Virus record (IMG/VR): IMGVR_UViG_3300027554_000002 | Length of the DNA: 56,713 nt | Reading direction: 5' to 3' (one strand) | DNA from: a virus | Part shown: piece by piece, positions 1 through 8,333 of the stretch | Layout of the letters: every line of letters starts with the position of its first letter | Position numbering within the stretch: position 1 is the first letter of the stretch | Position numbers and translations under genes: made by a program | Notes under the pieces: generated by a model | Told to the model about the DNA's origin: nothing | Databases searched by the model: none | The model's input: only the letters and a program-made list of their open reading frames with translations

Positions 1-127
1 ACATTGGCTAGTGTAACGGATCGCTCTATCATCCATTCTAGCTGTTCCTCTTGGAATGCTTTTATGTCATCGCGTGTAAATAGTTCAGCGCTTAAATGCT
101 TTAATGCTTCCGCTAAATATTCATCAC
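1..127. repeat. Terminal duplication, copy 1: bases 1-127 are identical to 56587-56713 (closure overlap of a circular or circularly permuted genome)
   Basis: Direct comparison of both window ends: the same 127-nt string acattggctagtgtaacgg...ccgctaaatattcatcac. Confidence 0.95.
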
Positions 128-302
128 CATGATTAGGTCCATAACTATAGAACTTTGGATTGTCCGGAACAGGCTCGGGCATTGTGTTATTCCATATCAT
201 TCGAATAGTATAAAACAGATGGTCCGTAGTCATTTCTGTTACTGCTGTTACTGTGCCTTTGTTGCGCCAGTAAAAAGGTATCTCGCTTTTAAATATGTTC
301 AT
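1..302 (-). CDS. Hypothetical early protein (about 115 aa); its 3' end lies across the circular junction (continues 56586..56547)
   Basis: ATG 302-300 with GAGGAG a few nt upstream. The minus frame MNIFKSEIPFYWRNKG...EWMIERSVTLAN stays open to base 1 and continues VHIQQLQQLQQRR-TAA in the duplicated end. It is absent from the ORF track because the window edge splits it. Confidence 0.6.
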   Translation of the reverse strand, partial: MNIFKSEIPFYWRNKGTVTAVTEMTTDHLFYTIRMIWNNTMPEPVPDNPKFYSYGPNHGDEYLAEALKHLSAELFTRDDIKAFQEEQLEWMIERSVTLAN

Positions 303-328
303 GATAACTCCTCTAGATAATGCCAGCT

Positions 329-351
329 AACTGTACGTTAATTGTACAGTT
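329..351. promoter_or_regulatory. Perfect 8-bp inverted repeat AACTGTAC-N7-GTACAGTT just upstream of the RBS of the junction-spanning gene (operator-like)
   Basis: Read directly: aactgtac gttaatt gtacagtt. Confidence 0.4.
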
Positions 352-457
352 ATTTAATTTACAATCCTAGATCAGGAACTTTTATAGTGCGGGTAGTTTT
401 GTTTGCTTGTCGTTGCTTGTCCCTAGTACGACAAGCGTACTTAATAACAGTACGTTA

Positions 458-709
458 TCAGTAAATCTTACCGTTAAGCGTAGCGTCGTCGTGTATGCAA
501 AGGATGAACTCATCATCATCTACCTTTTTACAACTCCACTGTACAAAGTTCTTAGGCGCGTCTTTTAAGTGCAGCTTAAGACGTGTCTTATCAATACTGG
601 CATAGAGCATGCTCCCAGCAACGTTGACGCCTACATGCACATCTTGACATATTGTTAGTGCATGGCTAAATGATTTAATCGATTTAATTTTCTCTTCTGC
701 TGTACTCAT
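458..709 (-). CDS. Hypothetical protein (83 aa)
   Basis: ORF track; ATGA start/stop overlap with the upstream gene 706..1917. Confidence 0.5.
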   Translation of the reverse strand: MSTAEEKIKSIKSFSHALTICQDVHVGVNVAGSMLYASIDKTRLKLHLKDAPKNFVQWSCKKVDDDEFILCIHDDATLNGKIY

Positions 710-1917
710 GCTGCTATCTCCTGTACTCGTGTAATGACAGTTTGTGCCATGCCGTTGAACTCATCATGCTTTTTAACAGTTGCCTTTACATTGTAAGTAT
801 TGCCCTTTTCCATTTCAAAAGCTAGATCAGAAGTTCCGAACCAAGTGTACTGGCGTCCGTCGTTATCAACCAGGCCCATAATAACCGTTTCACCGTATGT
901 ACCCATTCGAGAAGTCTTACGCTTAACAGTTAGCGCCAGCTCGTAACGTGTCTTTACGTCGCCATAGTGCTCGTTTAACATGCTTTCCTGTTCTTTCTGT
1001 GCTTTGACCAGCTTATCCATATCGCGCTGGTAAGCGGCTACTAAGCTAATCCACATTCCAAGGGTCTTGTGGCTAACTCCGCCAGCTTTGTTTAATAGGC
1101 GCAGATTGTGGATGTAATCGTTGTTGCCTGTATGCGCTGCAATCCATTCGCGGGCAAGTGATGCTTCTTTTATATCAGCATCTGTTGGCTTTACTTTCTT
1201 TTTATACTCAATCCAAGTTGCGATATCTCTATCCGTGAATGGCTTGTTTAGCACGTAAGTCACGCGATGCTTAGTTGGGTATACGTCGTTATCCATGTTA
1301 TCAGGATCGAATGCTGACATAGGTACCCATCCGTGTATTCTAACAATCGCAGCAGCTTGGGCAAGTATAGTAGACGAATCATAAGCTAAATCGTCCATAC
1401 GCATATCGCACATCTTTTCACCAAAGCACTCATATGCAAACACCTCGAAAATCTTAGACATGTAATCACATAGCGCTTCCACATCGTAGCCAATGTAATC
1501 ACGTACACATGAACGACCGATTGCAACGTGCTCGCCGGTCTCGTTGTTGCGCAGCACTGCTACCAGCTTCCGTATGCGCTTAGTATTGCAATGGTCACAG
1601 TTGCCGTCATGCTGCTGGTAATGCTCGGGACAAGTCTCTCCAGGCACTGTACGGACAATGTTCTCACCCTCGACCACAGTTCGATCTAAGCTAGCTACCA
1701 GGCTGTATCCAGACACAACTAAGTCTCCGCTTTCTACAGTGTATTCCCGGCACTCAACTTTTCGGCTTTTATGATCAGGATGGTCAACGAAAGAAGTTTG
1801 ATCAGCAGCAGTTACGCTGAAAGGGACATTAATTTTCTTTGCACGTTTTTTCAGGAACGTAATCTTGCGGTTAAATTCCGACTCAACTGCGATTGCGATG
1901 TTTATTGTCTTTTTCAT
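706..1917 (-). CDS. Hypothetical protein (403 aa) with a Cys/His cluster (CPEHYQQHDGNCDHC) and a beta-rich C-terminal domain
   Basis: Long uninterrupted ORF, AAAGGG upstream of the ATG, coupled to the downstream gene. I recognise no family. Confidence 0.7.
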   Translation of the reverse strand: MKKTINIAIAVESEFNRKITFLKKRAKKINVPFSVTAADQTSFVDHPDHKSRKVECREYTVESGDLVVSGYSLVASLDRTVVEGENIVRTVPGETCPEHYQQHDGNCDHCNTKRIRKLVAVLRNNETGEHVAIGRSCVRDYIGYDVEALCDYMSKIFEVFAYECFGEKMCDMRMDDLAYDSSTILAQAAAIVRIHGWVPMSAFDPDNMDNDVYPTKHRVTYVLNKPFTDRDIATWIEYKKKVKPTDADIKEASLAREWIAAHTGNNDYIHNLRLLNKAGGVSHKTLGMWISLVAAYQRDMDKLVKAQKEQESMLNEHYGDVKTRYELALTVKRKTSRMGTYGETVIMGLVDNDGRQYTWFGTSDLAFEMEKGNTYNVKATVKKHDEFNGMAQTVITRVQEIAA

Positions 1918-1942
1918 GATTAAGCCCTTTAAGTCTTTTAAT

Positions 1943-2227
1943 TTATTTAAGCACTACACGAATAACTAACCCAGTAGGAGTTTCGTCGATGTTAATCATA
2001 TCATCATCAAGCTCCTCTGTACAGTCAATGCGTACGCCCTGCATGTTAAACAAAGCATCACCAACAAACTCTAAAAAACCAAGCTCATCAAGATCAGTTT
2101 CAACGTAAGCAATAATGCCTTTCACTCTATTGCCCTCAAGCACTACATTTAACGTTAAGTCAGCAACTGCCTGCGCGGCAGCATATGTAAGTAACTCTTG
2201 CATATTTTGGTAAGTAAATGTAGACAT
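1943..2227 (-). CDS. Hypothetical protein (94 aa). Start moved to the internal ATG (MSTFTYQN...).
   Basis: AAGGAAAA RBS before ATG 2227. The longer track ORF (to 2272) would overlap promoter P0. Confidence 0.55.
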   Translation of the reverse strand: MSTFTYQNMQELLTYAAAQAVADLTLNVVLEGNRVKGIIAYVETDLDELGFLEFVGDALFNMQGVRIDCTEELDDDMINIDETPTGLVIRVVLK

Positions 2228-2260
2228 GACGTTTTCCTTATTAGTTAGTTGATGTCTTGC

Positions 2261-2288
2261 AGTATACATCAATAGCGGACTTGATCAA
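2261..2288 (-). promoter_or_regulatory. Sigma70-type promoter P0: TTGATC-N16-TATACT, leftward early transcription
   Basis: The -10 and downstream leader (TATACTGCAAGACATCAACTAAC) are nearly identical to P2 at 53421..53448. Confidence 0.6.
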
Positions 2289-2560
2289 CAGAAATTTAAT
2301 TCAATCATGATTTCTGTGACACCAGGCGCATTAAGCTAATAACCACAATTAAAATAATGGTAGGAATCGCAGAAATTCCTTGTTATTCCTAAATATTTAT
2401 GGATGGCAGGGGGAGCTCAATAATTCAGCGTTTCCGTATAATAAACATAATACAGTATAAAAAAATTTCATTATGCCACAAGAGCCGCATTCCTGCTTAC
2501 TATTAGTACACTATATATACACATATATTACTATAATACTTTTTTCTATATATTTTAATT

Positions 2561-2622
2561 AACCCTCCCTACCCTCTATAGTAATTTTTATATATACATA
2601 TTAGCGACGTACCCTACCCTGC
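2561..2622. repeat. Two clusters of tandem ACCCT pentamers (AACCCTCCCTACCCTC 2561-2576; GTACCCTACCCTGC 2609-2622) inside the A+T-rich divergent control region
   Basis: Read directly. A further TACCCTGC lies at 2765-2772. Confidence 0.6.
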
Positions 2623-2837
2623 TAATAATATATTGTTTTTATTAAGCGGTAACATTATTTTGCTATTTCGCAGTCCTACAAGCTATGAGCCTTATTTCCA
2701 AGTAATTTGCTCAAATATTATACATTATGTTCATTATTTTAAGCGTATACTTGCGCACTGCCAGTACCCTGCCAAATATTTATTCTTTAAGTTTAAACAT
2801 GGGGTACATTAATAATTCAACTATAAAAGAGACAATT

Positions 2838-3770
2838 ATGTTAGTAATTTTAGATGAAGACATAGATAGATTGCGCAAAGAGCACAATTTAATCAGCGAG
2901 GGTTTCATCCTTGCACAGTTCGGACAGCAGGCATTTTGGCCTGCGAAAATATTTCCATACGCTACAGATTTCGCTCATATTGTTATTAGGGATATTCTCA
3001 CTTTTAAGGATGACGCCCAAACTATAAGGCTTGCACAAGCCTTGGATGATAAATTAGTCATTCAGCGCGTTGCGCCTTTATTGGAGCTTAACCAGCCCAA
3101 CTCAGGCATACCTGATTCCAAACTCGTAGACATAAGCCATAAAGATTTTGAGTATGATATTGCTTGTCCGTATGATGAAGTTGATTTAAGCCTTTCGGAG
3201 TATTACGGCTTCTGTTACGAATACAAATATCATATGGCGATGCAAATAGCGTTTCCGGAGTTAATGACGGAACATTGTGGTTATCTAATGACTCACCCAA
3301 GGGAATGGCCTAAGTACCGCGAGCTATTATATGAAGCTGTAAATAAGTTCGCAAATCCACAGCAATACGAAGAACCTAAGCGTCCAGGTAGGCCTGCTGC
3401 ACCAATAGATGAGAAAGCTGTTAAAGAGAAAGAGCTGAAAACGAACAGCTACAATCTTTGGATAGCACAGTGCCAAGCTCGTAAGTCTGCTATCAGCCAA
3501 GCATGGGAAGCATTTGAAACTAGACAATTAAAAGTTCGTGAAGAGCGAACACAAGCCACTTCTTATATCGCAACTCTTAAGGCGGAGATTAATAAGTTAA
3601 AAGCAGAAAATGCCAGTGCTGTTGATATTGAGAAAGCTAACATCGCTTGGCGTTCTACTCGGCTTACATTGGAGGAGCATAAAGTACAATGGGCCAAAGA
3701 GCTTCACGAATTAAAAGCAACATACAAGAAGCTTAAAAACACACCCGCACCGCAGAGAATAGTAGAGTGA
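2838..3770 (+). CDS. Hypothetical protein (310 aa) with a C-terminal coiled-coil-like region
   Basis: ORF track 2727..3770. The start is placed at ATG 2838 (AAGAGA upstream), so the start is uncertain. Confidence 0.6.
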   Translation: MLVILDEDIDRLRKEHNLISEGFILAQFGQQAFWPAKIFPYATDFAHIVIRDILTFKDDAQTIRLAQALDDKLVIQRVAPLLELNQPNSGIPDSKLVDISHKDFEYDIACPYDEVDLSLSEYYGFCYEYKYHMAMQIAFPELMTEHCGYLMTHPREWPKYRELLYEAVNKFANPQQYEEPKRPGRPAAPIDEKAVKEKELKTNSYNLWIAQCQARKSAISQAWEAFETRQLKVREERTQATSYIATLKAEINKLKAENASAVDIEKANIAWRSTRLTLEEHKVQWAKELHELKATYKKLKNTPAPQRIVE

Positions 3771-3952
3771 AGATCCATGCAGTAGTTTTTGACCACAATG
3801 AAAAGATATATTTGTTTCGCGCAGTCAAAGGAAATCAATTTGAAGTATTATTACAAAGCACGATGAAAGTGTTATGTTCGTGTGGATGCGCGGACGTAAC
3901 TGAAGACAATATAGACATGATACTTAAACAAGTAATGAGGATGATAGAATGA
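3767..3952 (+). CDS. Hypothetical protein (61 aa), GTG start
   Basis: GTGA overlap with the upstream stop; ATGA overlap with the downstream gene. Confidence 0.45.
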   Translation: MKIHAVVFDHNEKIYLFRAVKGNQFEVLLQSTMKVLCSCGCADVTEDNIDMILKQVMRMIE

Positions 3953-3953
3953 A
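3923..3953 (+). repeat. 31-nt direct repeat, copy 1 (ACTTAAACAAGTAATGAGGATGATAGAATGA)
   Basis: 29/31 identical to 4148-4178. Each copy ends at the ATG of the next gene. Confidence 0.9.
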
Positions 3954-4140
3954 TTACAGTATTGACGGTAATCAAGTTATGTGTGTTGGGCGACATTTCG
4001 TAAACATACAAGAGTCACATGCGGGTTTCGGCGATTCGTTGCGTGAAGCGTTTATTAACTACTGGGATACTAAGAAAGAAGTTCCGTTAAGGTCAAGTCT
4101 GGAAGTGTGGGAGCTTCCTTGGTGTGATGAACTTAAATAA
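3949..4140 (+). CDS. Hypothetical protein (63 aa)
   Basis: ORF track; bracketed by the 31-nt direct repeats. Confidence 0.55.
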   Translation: MNYSIDGNQVMCVGRHFVNIQESHAGFGDSLREAFINYWDTKKEVPLRSSLEVWELPWCDELK

Positions 4141-4147
4141 ACATGCT

Positions 4148-4178
4148 ACTTAAACAAGTGATAAGGATGATAGAATGA
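4148..4178 (+). repeat. 31-nt direct repeat, copy 2 (ACTTAAACAAGTGATAAGGATGATAGAATGA)
   Basis: 29/31 identical to 3923-3953. Confidence 0.9.
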
Positions 4179-4711
4179 GTATAACAAGACGTGGCTTCTT
4201 GCAAGCCTTAACCGCAATACCTGCCGCAGGTGTTTTATTAAAAACTGCCCCTATAATGGCAGCGCCTGATCCTATAAAAGAGATCCGGAGAATAGCGCAT
4301 GAGATAGCAGCACCTAAGAAGATAATAACAGACTCGTATTACTTGCAAGGTGTTACTAGCGCACATTTGAATAACGAGGACGAGTATGTAGAAATGCACG
4401 TTGTTAATCCTAAAAAGCGGCGACACGTTATTCAAACATTAACTATAAAAACGTTAGTAGCTATACCTGATGAATTAGGTATAGCTACTCGTGAAGAAGT
4501 CGCTTGGCGTTTTAGAGTAGGTGGTTGGGAGAACATTCTTGCTGTCGGGCATGTAACTAGAGCTATGTCTATGGTTAGTCACAGTGAAATGGTACCTGCT
4601 ACGAATCCGGATGGCTCTATAAATTACCTTGCACCTGAGGTTCGCATACCTGTTATTCATTATGAATATGAAATGATTTGCAGCCATATTTCAAGCGGTG
4701 CAATAACATGA
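4175..4711 (+). CDS. Exported protein with a twin-arginine (Tat) signal peptide (178 aa)
   Basis: N-terminus MSITRRGFLQALTAIPAAGVLLKTAPIMA/APD matches S/T-R-R-x-F-L, followed by a hydrophobic h-region and an A-x-A-like site. AAGGA RBS. Confidence 0.65.
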   Translation: MSITRRGFLQALTAIPAAGVLLKTAPIMAAPDPIKEIRRIAHEIAAPKKIITDSYYLQGVTSAHLNNEDEYVEMHVVNPKKRRHVIQTLTIKTLVAIPDELGIATREEVAWRFRVGGWENILAVGHVTRAMSMVSHSEMVPATNPDGSINYLAPEVRIPVIHYEYEMICSHISSGAIT

Positions 4712-5058
4712 TGACATTCGAACAGTTCTTATACATGAAGCTTGCTGAAGAGGCTTCAGAGGTTTCTCAAGACGCAATTAAAACAATGCAATTCGGGCCT
4801 GAGGAAAGATGTGTGGACCTTGTTGATAACAATAAAGAACGTGTCAACAAAGAAGTCAAAGATATGTTAGTTATATTGAGTTGGATTAACCCTAATACGG
4901 ACTATACTCATTTAATAGACAAAGCCCATTATGACGCCAAAATGATAAAACTCAGGCACTATTATTTATATTCTGTTTCATTAGGTTTAGTAGAAGTTCT
5001 GCCTGACGGACATAATTTTCTTTTCTATGGCTTATTAAGCGATCCTACTAAACCATAA
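4708..5058 (+). CDS. MazG-like nucleotide pyrophosphohydrolase (putative, 116 aa)
   Basis: KLAEEASEVSQDAIK helix typical of small all-alpha MazG/NTP-PPase proteins; ATGA overlap with the upstream stop. Confidence 0.45.
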   Translation: MMTFEQFLYMKLAEEASEVSQDAIKTMQFGPEERCVDLVDNNKERVNKEVKDMLVILSWINPNTDYTHLIDKAHYDAKMIKLRHYYLYSVSLGLVEVLPDGHNFLFYGLLSDPTKP

Positions 5059-5128
5059 GTCTCGTTCATTATTTGTACAGTCAGCATGTAGGATAGTGCA
5101 TTGGTTTAAAAATAGTTTGGTGCAACAG

Positions 5129-5156
5129 TTGCATTATGTTAATAAATGCGTACACT
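5129..5156 (+). promoter_or_regulatory. Putative sigma70-type promoter TTGCAT-N16-TACACT
   Basis: Intergenic, 40 nt upstream of ATG 5197; same spacing as the other promoters. Confidence 0.4.
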
Positions 5157-5196
5157 GTGCAGCTCGCACCAAACTAGCTAATTAGAATCTAAAATA

Positions 5197-5448
5197 ATGG
5201 CATCTACAATTACTCAAGAAGCGTTCGACAAGAAATATATAACGCCAAACGAAATTGAGCAAAGGCTTAGCGTTGCACGTTCAACTATTTTATACGCAAG
5301 AAAAAAAGGTACGTTACCTAACGCCATCTATATAACAGGCGCCAATATATACATTTGGGAGCGCGAGCTACTTGAGCCGCACTTAGTAAAATGGGCCGAG
5401 CAATTAACAGAACGCAGGCGCAAATCTGCGGAGCTTTTAAATGGTTGA
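5197..5448 (+). CDS. Small helix-turn-helix DNA-binding protein (excisionase/AlpA-like fold, 83 aa)
   Basis: ITPNEIEQRLSVARSTILYARKKGTLP is an HTH-like segment. The gene sits directly upstream of the primase gene. Confidence 0.45.
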   Translation: MASTITQEAFDKKYITPNEIEQRLSVARSTILYARKKGTLPNAIYITGANIYIWERELLEPHLVKWAEQLTERRRKSAELLNG

Positions 5449-7834
5449 TAGTTCTCGCTGGGGCAACATACCCGCAGAACTTCAAGCTTTACCTATTTGG
5501 TGCATTGCAAACGAAAACAAAGCACCTTGTCTCATAGGACAAAACGGACTGTACAACGCCAGTCCCGTTACAGGTCCATGGCACACCTTTGAAGATGCGT
5601 GTATTTATGCTGCACAACTAAACAAGGACATCGGCTTTATAGTTCCTGTAGGCTATACGGTTATAGATCTCGATGTAAAAGACTTCGACAGTCGCGACAA
5701 ATTTGGACAGGAGCTACCACTTGAACAACTAACACCTAATAATACGCTGGATGAGTTTGCCAGCATGGTTACTATCGCCAACTCTTACGCTGAGCTATCG
5801 CAAAGCGGCAAAGGTATCCACATTATTGTCAAAGCGGATATTGGTGCAGGTAAGAAATCACAATTTTTAGAAATCTATTCGCGAGATAGGTTTATGATCT
5901 CCACGGGCAACACTGTTGCCAAACTGGTCTACGTTAACGCGCTCGGCGTAGTTGTCCCATTAGTAAAGGACAGTACAGCGTTACCTATAGAGGAGCGCCA
6001 AGCGTTCGCTAGCAACATAGCGGATAACATGACCACAACTCAAGCGAAAACAATTGAGCTTGAAGAAGTGGAGCAGGTACACACAGATGAAGAAATCTGG
6101 CGCATGGGTGTCCATGCAGAGAACGCTTCTAAGTTTATAGACTTATGCGCGGGTAACTGGCAGCAACTAGGCTATCCAAGTCAGTCCGAAGCAGACAACG
6201 CGCTGCTGTCCATGTTTACCTTTTACACTAAGTCTAACGAACAAGTACGGCGCCTGTTTAGAGAAACAGAATTAGGGCAACGCGCTAAGGCAGCAGTCAA
6301 CGACGTATACCTTAATCGAACGCTGAGACATATACGTTCTCGTGAAGCGAAAGAAGCTGAAATAGCTGTCGTTATAGACACCCAGTCGTTAATGGAAAAC
6401 TCGCGAATCCGTAATGAAGCTAACAAAGCTGAACACAAAGAAACAATAAGCACCCTTCAGCAAGAATACATTCCAACAATTAACGAAGAACATAAGCCTC
6501 CTGATATAGAAGGGTTAGAGTGGCCGCCTGGCTTCACGGGTGTCCTTGCGGGCTACATATACAGTAGCAGTCCTCGTCCTGTTAAGGAGGTAGCTATAAC
6601 TGCCGCTCTAGGGCTTATAGCAGGCTTAGCAGGAAAGGGATGGCATACACCTAGCAAGTCCGGTTTAAACTTATATATCATTCTTGTTGCTCGCAGTGCT
6701 ATAGGTAAGGAAAGTATGCACAGCGGTATCAGCTCTCTACAGAAACAAACAGGCACGTCTTTGGACAATTTTATAAACTTTAATGACTTTGTCAGTGGGC
6801 CCGCGCTTGTCAAAGCTTGCGAGAAAACAAAATCGTTTGTTAACATATCCGGTGAGTGGGGTCGTAAACTTAGACGCCTCGCTTATGAAGAAGGACGAGA
6901 TGGCCCTATGCAACAACTTCGCACAGTAATGACTAATCTGTACCAAAAGTCCGGTCCGGATTCTACTGTAGGCGGAGCAACATACTCGGCTAATGAAAAA
7001 GATATTAACAGTGTTAAAGGCGGTGTCGCGTACAGCATGATTGGCGAAACTACACCAGGCACATTTTACGAGTCGTTAACGCAGAGCATGATGGAGGACG
7101 GGTTTCTTTCTCGCTTTACTGTCATTAAGTACGAAGGGGAGCGGCCTGCTGCTAACCCAAATACAAACTTACAACTAGATAAAACGTTTACAGGCTACCT
7201 GACAGGTATAAGCATGGCAGCCGCTAGACATGTCTCTCACAACACTTCGCAAATGGTTTCGTTAAGCCCTGAAGCGGTTAAAATATTTAGCGACTTTGAT
7301 TTGTATTGCGATAATGAAATCATAGCGTCAGGTATGGAGGAGATGGAGCGACAAATGTGGAATCGTGCGCACCTAAAAGCGTTGCGAGTTGCGTGTCTTT
7401 TAGCTGTAGCGGAGAACCACGGAATCCCTGTGGTTACTAAAGCGGATTCTGATTGGGCTATTTACTTAATAATGAAAGATATCAATATAATGAAAGAGCA
7501 TATTAAAGACGGGGATATAGGTATTGATGACTCCTCACGTATGCGCAAACTCATTAATCTTTTAAAAGACTATTTAACGAAACCTGTACCTAAGAGTTAT
7601 AAGATAGATGAACGTCTAGTAGCTGCTGGTATTATCCCTCGCAAGTATTTACACACTAGAACCTCTTCATTATCATCGTTTAGCAAACATAGATTAGGCG
7701 CAACTATATCGCTAGAGCAAGTAATAAAAGCGGCGGTGGTGAACGGGTATATCGTAGAGGTAGATAAGCATGCGATAATTAAGGACTACGCATTTCACGG
7801 GCAGTGTTTTAAGGCCGTAAATTTGCCCGATTAA
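5441..7834 (+). CDS. Bifunctional primase-polymerase / helicase-like replication protein (797 aa)
   Basis: N-terminal prim-pol motifs (VIDLDVKD, SQSGKGIHIIV, EIYSRDRFMISTG). A SQSEADNALL primase C-terminal-type segment. P-loop-like ARSAIGKES in the C-terminal half. Confidence 0.75.
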   Translation: MVDSSRWGNIPAELQALPIWCIANENKAPCLIGQNGLYNASPVTGPWHTFEDACIYAAQLNKDIGFIVPVGYTVIDLDVKDFDSRDKFGQELPLEQLTPNNTLDEFASMVTIANSYAELSQSGKGIHIIVKADIGAGKKSQFLEIYSRDRFMISTGNTVAKLVYVNALGVVVPLVKDSTALPIEERQAFASNIADNMTTTQAKTIELEEVEQVHTDEEIWRMGVHAENASKFIDLCAGNWQQLGYPSQSEADNALLSMFTFYTKSNEQVRRLFRETELGQRAKAAVNDVYLNRTLRHIRSREAKEAEIAVVIDTQSLMENSRIRNEANKAEHKETISTLQQEYIPTINEEHKPPDIEGLEWPPGFTGVLAGYIYSSSPRPVKEVAITAALGLIAGLAGKGWHTPSKSGLNLYIILVARSAIGKESMHSGISSLQKQTGTSLDNFINFNDFVSGPALVKACEKTKSFVNISGEWGRKLRRLAYEEGRDGPMQQLRTVMTNLYQKSGPDSTVGGATYSANEKDINSVKGGVAYSMIGETTPGTFYESLTQSMMEDGFLSRFTVIKYEGERPAANPNTNLQLDKTFTGYLTGISMAAARHVSHNTSQMVSLSPEAVKIFSDFDLYCDNEIIASGMEEMERQMWNRAHLKALRVACLLAVAENHGIPVVTKADSDWAIYLIMKDINIMKEHIKDGDIGIDDSSRMRKLINLLKDYLTKPVPKSYKIDERLVAAGIIPRKYLHTRTSSLSSFSKHRLGATISLEQVIKAAVVNGYIVEVDKHAIIKDYAFHGQCFKAVNLPD

Positions 7835-7838
7835 AGCT

Positions 7839-7866
7839 TTGCTTTCGTGCTAACTGTTGCTATACT
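7839..7866 (+). promoter_or_regulatory. Putative sigma70-type promoter TTGCTT-N16-TATACT
   Basis: Intergenic; same hexamers as minus-strand P2. Confidence 0.5.
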
Positions 7867-7920
7867 TTAACTGTTAGCAATTTAACTATATCAATGAAAG
7901 GAAATAAACGGAGAATATAA

Positions 7921-8331
7921 ATGACTAAGCTACCTAAAACAATGGATGAAGATTTAGCACTTTGGTTTCAAAAGCAAAGAGAACTCAAAATTCTCAAGTA
8001 TGAAGAGTCCGCTTTACGTAAGCGCCTATTTAGTCACTTCTTTCCTAAAGCAACGGAAGGAACTAACAAGCATGACTTACCTAACGAATACGTTCTTAAA
8101 GGCGTTCACAAAATTAGTCGTACTGTTGATCCAGCATCATTTGACGCTATAAAGACTCAGCTACGCAAAAAGAAGTTAAACCCGGACGAGCTGGTAAAGT
8201 ACAAACCTGAGTTAGTGCTTCGCGAATATCGTAAGTTAACGGACGTACAGCGCGAGCTGTTTGACCAAGCGCTTATTATAAAAGATGGTTCACCTGCGAT
8301 GGAAGTTGTTGCGCCAGTTACTGCGGAGTAA
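7921..8331 (+). CDS. Hypothetical protein (136 aa)
   Basis: ORF track; GGAGAA RBS region. Confidence 0.6.
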   Translation: MTKLPKTMDEDLALWFQKQRELKILKYEESALRKRLFSHFFPKATEGTNKHDLPNEYVLKGVHKISRTVDPASFDAIKTQLRKKKLNPDELVKYKPELVLREYRKLTDVQRELFDQALIIKDGSPAMEVVAPVTAE

Positions 8332-8333
8332 AT

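Noticed and set aside
1-127. The 127-bp end duplication as a biological direct terminal repeat or mobile-element boundary
   Set aside because: Its length equals a standard assembler k-mer, it is an exact copy, and the junction falls inside an ORF. An assembly-closure overlap is the simpler explanation. This still needs read-level confirmation.
129-320. Plus-strand 63-aa ORF in the track
   Set aside because: It lies antisense to the junction-spanning minus-strand gene, which has a strong RBS and continuous frame. It has no RBS and its composition is odd (Cys/Tyr-rich).
5197-5448. Excisionase-like HTH as evidence of a temperate lifestyle
   Set aside because: No integrase, CI-type repressor or attachment-site-like repeat is visible anywhere in the genome. 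The HTH more likely regulates the adjacent primase operon.
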